A DNA stretch of 64,000 nt from an uncultured Alphaproteobacteria bacterium (GTDB lineage: Bacteria > Pseudomonadota > Alphaproteobacteria > GCA-2731375): positions 13,959 through 77,958 of the forward strand of contig CATOSZ010000007.1 in NCBI GenBank assembly GCA_951812805.1, given 5' to 3'. A model generated the notes under the pieces. It was not told the DNA's origin, ran no database searches, and was given only the letters and a program-made list of their open reading frames with translations. Made by a program: the position numbers and the translations under genes. Within the stretch, counting starts at the first letter, position 1; the number at the start of each line of letters is the position of its first letter. Below, piece after piece: positions 40,090 through 51,386 of the stretch.

Positions 40090-40503
40090 TCGCTGCCACT
40101 CCAGCAGTTCGATGGGTCGCGCCATCTCCCGGCGGAACCAGGCAGCGGCGGCCCGGCCGAGGTCCGCGGGCGATTTGCCGGCGTGCGCGAGGCAACCGTA
40201 TTCGTCCTGCGCCGGCGTCAGCTCGGTGACGTACTGTCCCGTCTCGTCCTCGCCGTGAATGAGCCCGAACGGCCCATAATCGATCCGCAAGTTTCTGACG
40301 ACCTTGCGCCGCGCGCAGTCGGGGACATCCAACCCGAGCACGAGCCGATCCGCCCGTTGATAGACCTGCGCGTGCCGGGGATCGGCATCGGTCCATTGCC
40401 GTGCCGCCGCGCGCAGACTTTGCAGGAATGTGCTCGTATCAGAGGGAAGCTCACCATCCCATTCGAACCAATCGACTGTTTCTTCGTTATCCATTTCGCT
40501 CAT
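39949..40503 (-). CDS. Hypothetical protein
   Basis: Protein-like composition (WFEWDGELPSD, LEWQRLFYWYKEYRL). The ATG at 40503 is preceded by an AAGGG SD. No family recognised. Confidence 0.6.
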   Translation of the reverse strand: MSEMDNEETVDWFEWDGELPSDTSTFLQSLRAAARQWTDADPRHAQVYQRADRLVLGLDVPDCARRKVVRNLRIDYGPFGLIHGEDETGQYVTELTPAQDEYGCLAHAGKSPADLGRAAAAWFRREMARPIELLEWQRLFYWYKEYRLTDTGRSLCWSAKNDERRPNLGAPRRAFKVETQHGLR

Positions 40504-40706
40504 ACCCTTGTAATCGGCAGAGTCGTCCGAGCACATATGAACTTTGCGGTCGCGCCCGGAACACTCGATAGACGCATAACTTCAATAGTGTTTACTATCA
40601 TGCACAGAGTCGGCGTCGACGTCAATGCCAACCCATCGAGACAGGCTACTTAATTCTCTAACAATTCCGGGTGTGCACGCCCAAAGGTTGGGCTTGCCGG
40701 GACGTG

Positions 40707-42068
40707 CTATTCCGCCGCGTCGACCTTTGGCTTCCAGGCGCCGATTTCCGGTCGGTCGAGGCCGAGGTGATCGCGCAGGGTGGGGCCCGAGTATTCCTTG
40801 CGGTAGATGCCGCGCTTCTGCAGTTCGGGCACGACGTGTTCGACGAAGTCCTCGAAACCGCCCGGCTGATGGGTCGGGCCGACGACGAAACCGTCGCAGC
40901 CGCGGCCTTCCCACCACTCCTCGATTTGGTCGGCGATCTCCTTCGGGCCGCCGACCCAGTGGTGGCGCAACAGGCCGCGGCCGGTCACGCCCATGAAGTC
41001 GCGCGGGGTCGGGTTCTTGATGCCTTCCTGGACGACGACCCGGTCGCGCATCGCCTGCATGCCGGACAGGCCTTCCAGTTCGTCGTCGGTGAACGGCTCG
41101 TCGATGCCTTTGGTCGCGAAGTCGAAGTTGAGCGCCTCGGAGAGCAGCAGCAGCTGGTCCATCTCGTTCGGCAACTTTTCGTAGGCCGCCGCCTTGTCCT
41201 CGGCCTCGGTCTTGGTCGCCGCCGCGATCGGATAGAACAGGCTGCAGATCTTCATGCCCTCGGGATCGCGCCCCGCCGCCGCCGTCATTTCCTTTTGCAG
41301 CTTGTAGCGCTGCTTCGCACCGTCGAGATCGTCGTAGACCACGAACAGCAGCTCGCCCCATTTGGCGGCGAATTCCTGGCCGCGCCCGCTCATCCCCGCC
41401 TGGATCACCACCGGGTGGCCCTGCGGCGTGCGCGGCACGGTGAAGGGCCCGCGCGAGGACATGTATTGGCCCTGGTAGTCGATACGCCGAACCTTGTCGG
41501 GATGGGCGTACAGATTGTTGGCCTTGTCCGCCTGGATGGCGTCGTCGTCCCAGCTGTCCCAATGGCCGAGCACGATCTCCATGAACTCGTCCGCTTCGTC
41601 GTAGCGCAGGCCGTGCGCGGTGTGCACCTCGCGGCCCATGTTCTTCGCCTCGTTGTCGTTGACCGAGGTCACCACGTTCCAGGCGACACGACCCTTGGTC
41701 ATCAGGTCCGCGGTCTGGAACAGGCGGGCGACGTGGAAGGGCTCGTAATAGGTCGTCGAACAGGTGGCACCCAGACCCAGGTGCGTCGTCGCCGCGGCCA
41801 TGGTCATCAGGCACATTAAGGGGTCGAGCTTCACGCAGCGGATGCCGTTCTTCACCGTCTCCGCATGGTGGTCGCCATACATGTCCGGCATGGCCAGGCG
41901 ATCGTCGAAGAAGCCGATGTCGAATTTCCCGGCCTCCAGCACGCGGGCGATGTGCTGGTAGTATTCCGGCGAATAGGTGTCGGTCCGCGCCTCGGGGTGC
42001 CGCCAGGAGGCTGGCAGCGTGGTGCAGTTCTGGGCTTGCAGGAAGGCGACGAAATGAACCTGGCGCAT
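40707..42068 (-). CDS. LLM-class flavin-dependent monooxygenase, NtaA/SnaA/DszA-type
   Basis: HFVAFLQ......ASWRHP, FFDD.LA, and a 453-aa length typical of this subgroup. Confidence 0.9.
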   Translation of the reverse strand: MRQVHFVAFLQAQNCTTLPASWRHPEARTDTYSPEYYQHIARVLEAGKFDIGFFDDRLAMPDMYGDHHAETVKNGIRCVKLDPLMCLMTMAAATTHLGLGATCSTTYYEPFHVARLFQTADLMTKGRVAWNVVTSVNDNEAKNMGREVHTAHGLRYDEADEFMEIVLGHWDSWDDDAIQADKANNLYAHPDKVRRIDYQGQYMSSRGPFTVPRTPQGHPVVIQAGMSGRGQEFAAKWGELLFVVYDDLDGAKQRYKLQKEMTAAAGRDPEGMKICSLFYPIAAATKTEAEDKAAAYEKLPNEMDQLLLLSEALNFDFATKGIDEPFTDDELEGLSGMQAMRDRVVVQEGIKNPTPRDFMGVTGRGLLRHHWVGGPKEIADQIEEWWEGRGCDGFVVGPTHQPGGFEDFVEHVVPELQKRGIYRKEYSGPTLRDHLGLDRPEIGAWKPKVDAAE

Positions 42069-42096
42069 TTTTTTGAATTCCCTAGTTGACCTGTTC

Positions 42097-43320
42097 TCAG
42101 CCCTTCAGCAGGCGTTGCAGCTTGACCGCCGGATCGGCGACCTGTTCGGGCGTGACGGCGACGCCGCGCTCGATCAGCCGCTGGCCCATGCGGACGTCTC
42201 GGCCCTGGTTGAAGCCGACCACGCCCACAAGGCGCCCGCCCCGGAAATAGAACAGCGCGTGCGGGCCGTCCAGTTCGCCCCGGCGGACGATCTCGTCACC
42301 GGCCCGGCAATCGCCGGCCAGCTGCAGGTTGAGGTCGTACTGGTCAGACCAGAACCAGGGCACGACCGCATAGTCGACCGCCTCGCCGCACATTGCTTTC
42401 GCGGCGGCGATCGCCTGTTCCTGGGCGTTCTGCCAGCTCTCCAGCCGGACGCTGGCGCCGAGGTGGGGGTTGGGGTGACGGGTGACGTCGCCGGCGGCAT
42501 AAACATCGGCGAGGCTGGTGCGGCCACTGGCATCGACGACGATGCCGTCGTCGACCACGGCACCCGCCGCCTCGGCGAGTTCGACGTTGGGGAGGATGCC
42601 GATGGCGACGACGACGACGTCGGCCGCCAACCGCTCCCCACCCGAAAGGCGGACGCCCTCGACCCGCTGGCTCCCGAGGATTTCCTCGACGCCCGTCTCC
42701 AGGCGGATCGCGACGCCGCGGGCGCGATGCAGGTCCGCGAGATAGGCGCCGAGCTCCGGCGGCGCACCACGCGCCACCAGATGGGGGGCCAGCTCCACCA
42801 CCGAGACCTCGAGGTCGAGGCTGCGCGCACTCGCCGCGATCTCCAGGCCGAGATAGCCGCCGCCCACCACCACGAGGCGGCGGCCCGGCCACAGGTCGGC
42901 GCGCAGCGCCCGGGTGTCGTCCAGGGTGCGCAGGTAATGCACGCCCGTGAGATCGGCGCCGGGAAACGGCGCCCGGCGGATCCGCGCACCGGTACAGAGC
43001 AAAAGCTTGTCGTAGGCGTGCCGTTCGCCCCCGGCGGTCACCACCGCGTGGCCCGCGACGTCGATCTCGGAAATCGCCTCCCCGGTGCGCAGCTCCACGT
43101 CCTTCTCGGCGAAGAAATCGTCGGCCAGCAACCGGGCCGAGGCATCCTCGGCGGCACCGGTCAGCAACTTCTTCGAGAGCGGCGGGCGCTCGTAGGGCGG
43201 TTCCGCCTCGTCGCCGAACAGGACGATGCGGCCGGCGAACCCGGCAGTGCGCATGGCCTCGACCGCGCGACCGCCGGCCTGGCCGGCGCCGATGACGACA
43301 AAGGTGTCGCTCGCGCTCAT
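42097..43320 (-). CDS. FAD-dependent pyridine-nucleotide-disulfide oxidoreductase (ferredoxin-reductase type)
   Basis: VVIGAGQAGG, YERPPLSK, a second dinucleotide motif VVVGGGYLGLE, and AAGDV. The start ATG at 43320 overlaps the upstream stop. Confidence 0.9.
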   Translation of the reverse strand: MSASDTFVVIGAGQAGGRAVEAMRTAGFAGRIVLFGDEAEPPYERPPLSKKLLTGAAEDASARLLADDFFAEKDVELRTGEAISEIDVAGHAVVTAGGERHAYDKLLLCTGARIRRAPFPGADLTGVHYLRTLDDTRALRADLWPGRRLVVVGGGYLGLEIAASARSLDLEVSVVELAPHLVARGAPPELGAYLADLHRARGVAIRLETGVEEILGSQRVEGVRLSGGERLAADVVVVAIGILPNVELAEAAGAVVDDGIVVDASGRTSLADVYAAGDVTRHPNPHLGASVRLESWQNAQEQAIAAAKAMCGEAVDYAVVPWFWSDQYDLNLQLAGDCRAGDEIVRRGELDGPHALFYFRGGRLVGVVGFNQGRDVRMGQRLIERGVAVTPEQVADPAVKLQRLLKG

Positions 43321-44225
43321 TCGCCCGTCTCCGCCAGGCTCGGCAGATGCGCCGACCAGCGCGCCACCAGCGCCTGCCCGAAGTCGCTCGGCTGCAAGCA
43401 CGGCGGCCGGTCGTACACCTCGCCCAAGGCAAAGCGCCGGGCCGCGAGACGTTTGCCGTAGGCCAGGCAATAGTCCATCGAGTACATCAGGAAACTGGTC
43501 AGCGGCAGCAGCTCGGCGAAGGCGGCATCGGCCGCCGCGCTATCACCACTGCGCATCAGCTCGTAGATCCGCGATTGCACGTCGACGGTGTCGACCGCGG
43601 GGATGGCGCCCTGGCAGCCGGCCCGCAGCGAGTCCACAAGTTCGATCCCGTTGCGGCCGTTGAAGATGGTGAAGACGCCCTGCGTATCCTCGACCAGCTG
43701 CGCGATGTAGGTCGCCGGCCCTTCCGCCTTCAGGATCGAGATGTTGGGATGGTTGCGGTTGAGCGTGGCGAAACCCGCGTTGGAGACGCCGATGCCGATG
43801 TAGTCGGGCGCGTTCTGGATGCCGACCGGCAGGCCGCAGCCTTCGGCGACGGCGCCGTAGAAGCGGATCAGCTCGGCCTCCGACCCGCCCGCGGGCGGCG
43901 GCTGCAGGGCGATCCAGGCGGCACCCGCGGCTTCGCAAAGGCGTGCGACCTCGCGCTGCCCGGCGACGGAGTTCTCGGTGATGGTGACCGAAACCGGCAC
44001 CCGCCCCGCGACGTCCTCGGCCACCCACTCGACCAGCCGGCAGCGTTCCACCGTCGACAGCTTGTTGGCCTCCGTGCAGAGACCGCCGACGGCGATGCCG
44101 TGCGCGCCGGCCCGGATCGCACCCTCGGTCTGTCGGCGCATCGCCGCCCGGTCCAACGCGCCTTCGGCGTCGAAAAAGGCGTAGAGCATAGGGTAGATGC
44201 CGTGAAAGCCGCTGGCCTCGGTCAT
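43317..44225 (-). CDS. Dihydrodipicolinate synthase-family aldolase (second DapA-like)
   Basis: GIAVGGLCTEA, IQNAP, ILKAEG. Confidence 0.85.
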   Translation of the reverse strand: MTEASGFHGIYPMLYAFFDAEGALDRAAMRRQTEGAIRAGAHGIAVGGLCTEANKLSTVERCRLVEWVAEDVAGRVPVSVTITENSVAGQREVARLCEAAGAAWIALQPPPAGGSEAELIRFYGAVAEGCGLPVGIQNAPDYIGIGVSNAGFATLNRNHPNISILKAEGPATYIAQLVEDTQGVFTIFNGRNGIELVDSLRAGCQGAIPAVDTVDVQSRIYELMRSGDSAAADAAFAELLPLTSFLMYSMDYCLAYGKRLAARRFALGEVYDRPPCLQPSDFGQALVARWSAHLPSLAETGE

Positions 44226-44238
44226 GTCGTGATGCCCG

Positions 44239-44787
44239 CTAATCCAAAGGCTCCGGTTCGCCCTCGGGCAGGGCCATGTCGAACACGTTGAGGGTCATGG
44301 CGACGAGGCCGTAGTAACCCATGATGCCGACCAGATCGACGACGCCGCGCTCGCCCAGTTGCGCGACGGCTCGGGCATAGGTCGCCTCGCCCACCCGGTT
44401 CGTCGCATAGTATTCCCGGGCGAAGTCATAGACCAGGGCCTGGTCGGGGTCGGCGATGTCGGGCGTGCCGCCGGTCCGGATCGCCTCGATGATTTCGTCG
44501 GCGACGCCGGCCTCAGCGGCGATCTTCGCATGGGCAAACCATTCGTATTGCGCCCGCCAGTGCCGCGCCGTCACCAGGATCGCCAGCTCCGAGAGTTGCG
44601 GCGGCAGGGAGGAATCGTAGCGGCAGAACGCCCCCAGCTTCTGCGCCCGGTCGGCGAGCGTCGGACTGCGCAGCCAGGCGAGGAACGGCCCGCGCAACCC
44701 GCCCCGGGGACCGGCGGCGATCTCGTCGGCGATCCGCCCCTGTTCCCCGTCCATCTCCTCGCGATTGAGATCGCTCAACCTGGCCAT
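44239..44787 (-). CDS. Carboxymuconolactone decarboxylase (AhpD-like) family protein
   Basis: 182 aa from the ATG at 44787. ELAILVTARHWRAQYEWFAH fits the CMD-type pattern. Confidence 0.8.
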   Translation of the reverse strand: MARLSDLNREEMDGEQGRIADEIAAGPRGGLRGPFLAWLRSPTLADRAQKLGAFCRYDSSLPPQLSELAILVTARHWRAQYEWFAHAKIAAEAGVADEIIEAIRTGGTPDIADPDQALVYDFAREYYATNRVGEATYARAVAQLGERGVVDLVGIMGYYGLVAMTLNVFDMALPEGEPEPLD

Positions 44788-44868
44788 GCGCGTGTCCTCC
44801 CACCGGTGTTTCAGGTCTTGTGTACCGCAAGGGGCGAAACGCGGGAAGCGCCCTGCTATCGTGGCGGC

Positions 44869-45330
44869 ATGTACGTAATCGCAAAATCGGTGAAACGGGA
44901 CCCGGGCGCGCGCTGGAACCTGCCCGATCGCGTCTTCTTCGCCGCCGGCGCCTGCCACATTCTCGCCTGGGCGTTTCTCGAACGGTATCCGGGCTTGGGC
45001 TTTGGTGCGTTGTGGCTGAAGCCGGCATCCGGCTTCACCGGCAACCATATCGTCGCGGCACGGGACGACGTGGCCTTCGACTATCATGGCTACAGTAGCC
45101 GGGCGGGGCTGATCGCGCATGCCCGGCGCAAGGCCAACCGTTGGTGGCCCGGCTGGTCCTGCACGATCCAGCCCCTGCGACCCGAGGTTCTGGTGAGCGA
45201 GGCCCTGTCGCGCCGGCATGAAGGGCTATGGCTTCGCGAACCGGGCCAATTCCTGCATGATGCCCTGCCCCGCGCCCGCGCCTTTCTCGACCGCTTCCCC
45301 GAACCACCAGCCCTGGAGACGACACCGTGA
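44869..45330 (+). CDS. Hypothetical protein
   Basis: 153-aa ORF from the ATG at 44869 with protein-like composition. The stop overlaps the next start (GTGA). Confidence 0.6.
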   Translation: MYVIAKSVKRDPGARWNLPDRVFFAAGACHILAWAFLERYPGLGFGALWLKPASGFTGNHIVAARDDVAFDYHGYSSRAGLIAHARRKANRWWPGWSCTIQPLRPEVLVSEALSRRHEGLWLREPGQFLHDALPRARAFLDRFPEPPALETTP

Positions 45331-46052
45331 CCTTCACCACGACCACCGCCGACGTCGGCGGCAGCGAGATGGAAATCCTGCACTTCCGGCCCGAGGGGGC
45401 CGGGCCGCATCCGGGCCTGATCGTCTGCCAGCATATTCCGGTCGCCCACGCCGGGCTGGAGACCGACCCCTGGCAGATCGCCACCGGTGAACGGCTGGCC
45501 GCCATGGGCTACGCCGTCGCCATGCCCTTCATGTTCCACTGATGGCCCAAGTCCGCCGGCATCGAGATCAAGCGCGAGGCGTTCCGCGACGACTGGGCCG
45601 TCGCCGACATGGCCGCGGCCCGCGCCGCCCTGGACGCCGACACCAGCGTCGACGCGGCCCGCGTCGGCATCATCGGCCATTGCTGGGGCGGGCGTTCCGC
45701 CTGGCTCGGCGCCTGTCACGATCCCGCTCTCAAGGCGGCGGTGACGCTCTATGGCGGTCGGATCCATCTCTCCTTCGTCGACGGTTCGACGCCGCCGATC
45801 GAGCTTGCCGGGCGGATCCCCTGCCCCGTGCTCGGCATCTTCGGCAACGAGGACGCCAATCCCTCGCCCGAGCAGGTCGATACGCTCGACCGCGTGCTCG
45901 ACGCGGCCGGCGTGGCGCATGAATTCCATCGCTACGACGGCGCCGGCCACGGCTTCCAGGACTGGAGCAACGCGGAGCGCTACCGCGAAGCCCAGGCGGA
46001 AGACGCGTGGGGTAAAATCGAGGAATTCCTGGCCCGCACCCTCGCCGCCTGA
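45327..46052 (+). pseudogene. Dienelactone hydrolase-family gene interrupted by an in-frame TGA
   Basis: The N-terminal 71 codons (45327..45539) and the C-terminal part (..GHCWGG nucleophile.., ..DGAGHGF..) are in the same frame. They are separated only by the TGA at 45540-45542, in the context FH-TGA-WPK. Confidence 0.75.
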
Positions 46053-46105
46053 GGCGCCCTCGTGCTAGGACTCCCGCCCGACGGGACCGGCGGGAGACGA
46101 GGCAT

Positions 46106-47566
<1,461 letters not shown>

Positions 47567-47689
47567 TTCAAGGAAGACCTGGCCGGCCCGCGCCCCCGTC
47601 CCAACCGCCCCAAGGGTACACTCCACGGGTGGTTGGGACGGGGGCGGGGGCCGGCCAGGCAGGCAACCAGAGACAAGGAGACAAGCGCC

Positions 47690-48460
47690 ATGCCCAAAAC
47701 ACCCGACTATTTCGTCGGCAAGACAATTGTGATCACCGGCGGCGCCAGCGGCATCGGCCGGGCGACGGCGCTGATCTTCGCGCGGGAGGGCGCCAACGTC
47801 GTCGCCGCCGACATCGACGGCGAGGGCGCGCGGCGCACCGCCGAGGCGATCCAGCAGCAGGGCGGTCACGCCCTGGGCCTCGCCACGGACGTCGCCAGCC
47901 GTGCCGAGGTCGACGACATGGTGGCCAAGGCCATCGCCGAATACGGCCAGGTCGACTTCATGTTCAACTGCGCCGGATCCGCTTTCCGCCGCGCCAAATT
48001 CCTGGAGATCGACGACGAGCTGCACAAGAAGACCTTCGATCTCAACGTGAATGGCGTCTTCTACGGCATGCAGGCGGTGCTGCCCGGCATGCTGGCCCGC
48101 GGCGCGGGCGTCATCGTCAACGTCGCCTCGATGAGCCACAAGCGCGGCGGCCCGGGCGCCTCGGTGCACTATGCCGCATCCAAGGCCGCGGTCCTGACCA
48201 TGACCCTCGGCGTCGCGCGGGAACACGCCAAGGACGGCGTCCGCGCCCTCTCGATTTCGCCGGGCCCGGTGGCGACCCCCTTCCAGGAGGCCGCCGACAC
48301 CCCGCCCGAGCTGATGGAGAAATTCCTCGCCGACGTGCCGATGGGCCGCTTCGGCGAGCCGGAGGAGATCGGCGAGCTGGTCCTCTTCATGTGTTCGGAC
48401 GCCTGCGGCTACATGACCGCGGACACGGTCTATGTGAACGGCGGCGGGGGCTGGCGATGA
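47690..48460 (+). CDS. SDR-family oxidoreductase
   Basis: TGGASGIGRA, NCAG, YAASKAA. An AAGGAGA SD lies upstream of the ATG at 47690. Confidence 0.9.
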   Translation: MPKTPDYFVGKTIVITGGASGIGRATALIFAREGANVVAADIDGEGARRTAEAIQQQGGHALGLATDVASRAEVDDMVAKAIAEYGQVDFMFNCAGSAFRRAKFLEIDDELHKKTFDLNVNGVFYGMQAVLPGMLARGAGVIVNVASMSHKRGGPGASVHYAASKAAVLTMTLGVAREHAKDGVRALSISPGPVATPFQEAADTPPELMEKFLADVPMGRFGEPEEIGELVLFMCSDACGYMTADTVYVNGGGGWR

Positions 48461-49317
48461 GCGGGCGGCTCGCGGGCAAGGTCGCCGTCGTCACCGGCGG
48501 CGCCAGCGGCATGGGCCGGGCGACGGTCGAACGCTTTCTGGCGGAAGGCGCCAAGGTCGTGATCGGCGACCGCAACGCCGACGCGGCGGCGGAGACGCTG
48601 GCCGCCCTCGACGCAGGCGACCGCCTCGCCTTCCAGCCGACCGACGTCGCCGAGGAGGCCGACATCGAGGCACTGGTCGGCCTCGCCACCCAGCGCTTCG
48701 GCCGGCTCGACGTCATGTTCAACAACGCCGGCATCGGCGGCGCCTTCGGCCCGATCGGCGAGACCCGGGTCGAGGAGTGGGACTACAGCTTCGCCGTGCT
48801 GGTGCGCGGCGTCTTCCTCGGCATGAAGCACGCCGGCAACGTCATGAAGGCGCAGGGCGAGGGCGGCGTCATCCTCTCCACGTCTTCGATCGCCGGCATG
48901 GGCGGCGGCGCCGGCCCGCACGCCTATTCCGCCGCCAAAGCCGCCGTCGCCAACCTCACCCGCGCCGTCGCCGGCGAGCTGGCGCACCACAAGATCCGCG
49001 TCAACGCCATCGCGCCGGGCGCCATCCGCACGCCGCTGTTCCACTCCGGCCGGGCGGAAAAGATGGAACAGATCGCCGCCGCCAAGACGCCGTGGCATCG
49101 TTTGGGCGAAGGCGCCGACATCGCCGGTACCGCGCTCTACCTCGCCTCCGACGACGGCGAATATGTCACCGGCCAGGTCCTGGTGGTCGACGGCGGCGCG
49201 CTGGCCCTCGGCCCCGACTTCTGGGGCCACGGTCCCGACTCCCTGTTCACGCGGAAAGCGGGCGTCAACCACGGCTCGACCGGGGAGGCGACGGAGGCAC
49301 GGGAGGTCGAGACGTAG
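48457..49317 (+). CDS. SDR-family oxidoreductase
   Basis: TGGASGMGRA, NNAGIGG, YSAAKAA. The start overlaps the previous stop (ATGA). Confidence 0.9.
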   Translation: MSGRLAGKVAVVTGGASGMGRATVERFLAEGAKVVIGDRNADAAAETLAALDAGDRLAFQPTDVAEEADIEALVGLATQRFGRLDVMFNNAGIGGAFGPIGETRVEEWDYSFAVLVRGVFLGMKHAGNVMKAQGEGGVILSTSSIAGMGGGAGPHAYSAAKAAVANLTRAVAGELAHHKIRVNAIAPGAIRTPLFHSGRAEKMEQIAAAKTPWHRLGEGADIAGTALYLASDDGEYVTGQVLVVDGGALALGPDFWGHGPDSLFTRKAGVNHGSTGEATEAREVET

Positions 49318-49504
49318 AAACCGTCCCGTGCCCGCTATGACGACAGGGCGTTTACCGTACGCGCCGGCGTATTCAGCTGCCGTCTCAGCATCGGATTGGG
49401 GTCAAGTCTTGCTTCTTGGATTCATTGGGAAGCTCTAGACAAAGGGCAAGACCCGATCCCTTGATACCAGTGAGCCCTTGAATTGACCCTCAGTCTCATC
49501 CTCT

Positions 49505-49616
49505 TGTCATCGCGAGCAGAGCGTGGCGATCCAGGGCAGCGTGACGGCTATCGAAGAATCGAGCTCGGTCTCAAAGAGCTCTGGATCGCCAGGGCGCTAC
49601 GCGCCTCGCGATGACA
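49505..49616. repeat. REP-like imperfect palindromic element (TGTCATCGCGAG ... CTCGCGATGACA type)
   Basis: The left arm TGTCATCGCGAGCAGAGCGTGGCGATCCAG (49505-49534) pairs with the right arm CTGGATCGCCAGGGCGCTACGCGCCTCGCGATGACA (49581-49616). Confidence 0.7.
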
Positions 49617-49886
49617 GCGAGCGGATGACAACGACTGCGAGTCATTTCGAACGCTCGATGGTATGATATGCCTCCGAAGCGCATTGAAGATTAAGGCACT
49701 GTGGTCTTACGGTAGGTTCGCTTAGCGCAAATCAGCCCGTCACGCATCGAAAGCAGATCGACGATGTGACTGTGAATCGGCATGCAAAACTGACCCACTT
49801 TGGTGGGTTATGAGCGGTAAGAATTGACCCACCTGGAACGCTAGCATCCGCACGGAACAGTGCGGAGGAAAGAGCAGGTGGTATTG

Positions 49887-51386
49887 ATGGAAAGCGTATT
49901 GAAGATCCGACGTTGGATATTACGGGAGGGTCGGAGTATCCGATCTGTATCTCGTCAGACTGGTTTGTCGCGGAACACGATTAAGAAGTATCTGAAGGAC
50001 GGCGATCCACCGAGCTATCAGCGGCGCGTTTCACCCGTCCGGCGTAAGCTTAGCGATGGCTTCGCCAGCCGGCTTCGGGCGCTCTTTGAGCAGGACCTGG
50101 GGCGCCCGCGCCGTGAGCGCCGGACGGCCAAGAAGCTTTATGAGCAGCTTGTGTCGGAAGGCTATAGCGGATCCTACTCGACGGTTCAGAGGTTTGTCCG
50201 CGACCTGAAGCGTTCTGGCGCCGGATCGGGGGATGCGTTCATTCCGTTGCACTTTACGGCAGGTGACGCGCTCCAGTTTGACTGGAGCACGGAATACGCT
50301 GTCCTGGGCGGTGTCGAGCAGAAGGTAAAGGTTGCCCACTTCCGCCTATGTCATAGCCGCAAGCCCTTTGTTGTTGCCTATCCCAGCGAATCTCAGGAGA
50401 TGGTGCTGGACGCCTTTGCACGGGCGATGTCTTTCTATGGCGGCGTACCGCGCCGGGTGATCATCGACAACCCCAAGACGATGGTAACCTATGTTTCGCG
50501 CTCTAAGGACCGTGTGTTCCATCCGCGCTTTCTGGCGTTGATGAACCACTATGTGATGGAACCGGTTGCTTGCACACCCGCGGCGGGGTGGGAGAAGGGT
50601 CAGATTGAGAACCAGGTTGGGTTCCTGCGGGGACAGCTGTTTGCGCCCAAGCCCGCCTTTGACGATCTGGATGCGCTGAACGGCTGGTTGCGTCTGCGCT
50701 GCGAGGAATTGGCGAATCGCGCCCACCCCGAACAATCGGATCGCAAGATCTCGGACGTGTTCGCAGACGAGTGCGCCGAACTGCGTCCCCTGGGCCGGGC
50801 TTTTGACGGCTATGTTGAGAAGGCCGCTCGTGTCCGCTCTACCTGTCTGGTCCAATATGCCACCAATCGCTATAGCGTCCCCTCCCGGTTCGCCGGGGAG
50901 CTTGTCTCTCTGCGCGCCTATGCGGACCGGATCGTGGTTGTGTCAGGGCAGAATGTGATTGCCGAGCACAAGCGCCGCTTTACCCGCAACGCCAGCTATT
51001 TCGAGCCCTGGCATTACCTGCCCCTACTCGACCGCAAGCCCGGCGCGCTGAGAGATGGCGCGCCCTTTGTGGGTTGGCAATTGCCTGAGGCGATGCACCG
51101 GGTCAGGGCGCATTACATGGCCGGCAAAGGCGGGGACCGGGAGTTTGTCGATCTGCTCCTGCTGGCCCAGGATCACGGGATCGAGGTGGTCGAGATAGCC
51201 TGTGAACTGGCCGTGGAGCAGAACACGCTGCGCCTTCCGGCCATCATCAATCTGATCAACCAACTGGTGGAGCCGGTCATCGCGCCATGGGGCGAGAGCC
51301 ACGCCTATCCGCAACTGACCTTGCGGCCCGAAGCGGACTGCAAGCGCTATGAGACGCTGTGCGTTGCCGGGGAGGCCGTCGCATGA
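49887..51386 (+). CDS. istA: IS21-family transposase IstA
   Basis: [25 protein letters not shown] and a DDE core (QFDWS, IIDNPKT). A GTG at 49860 is an alternative start. Confidence 0.9.
   Translation: MESVLKIRRWILREGRSIRSVSRQTGLSRNTIKKYLKDGDPPSYQRRVSPVRRKLSDGFASRLRALFEQDLGRPRRERRTAKKLYEQLVSEGYSGSYSTVQRFVRDLKRSGAGSGDAFIPLHFTAGDALQFDWSTEYAVLGGVEQKVKVAHFRLCHSRKPFVVAYPSESQEMVLDAFARAMSFYGGVPRRVIIDNPKTMVTYVSRSKDRVFHPRFLALMNHYVMEPVACTPAAGWEKGQIENQVGFLRGQLFAPKPAFDDLDALNGWLRLRCEELANRAHPEQSDRKISDVFADECAELRPLGRAFDGYVEKAARVRSTCLVQYATNRYSVPSRFAGELVSLRAYADRIVVVSGQNVIAEHKRRFTRNASYFEPWHYLPLLDRKPGALRDGAPFVGWQLPEAMHRVRAHYMAGKGGDREFVDLLLLAQDHGIEVVEIACELAVEQNTLRLPAIINLINQLVEPVIAPWGESHAYPQLTLRPEADCKRYETLCVAGEAVA

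Noticed and set aside
45540-45542. The in-frame TGA as a selenocysteine codon.
   Set aside because: I could see no SECIS-like hairpin directly downstream. The position is not a catalytic Cys site of the hydrolase fold, and the context fits a Trp codon mutation.
49380-49500. A possible solo IS21 end, suggested by GAATTGACCC and GGGGTCAAG matches to the subterminal repeats of copies A and B.
   Set aside because: Only 8-10-nt matches, with no extended alignment to either IS terminus. This is compatible with chance in 64 kb.
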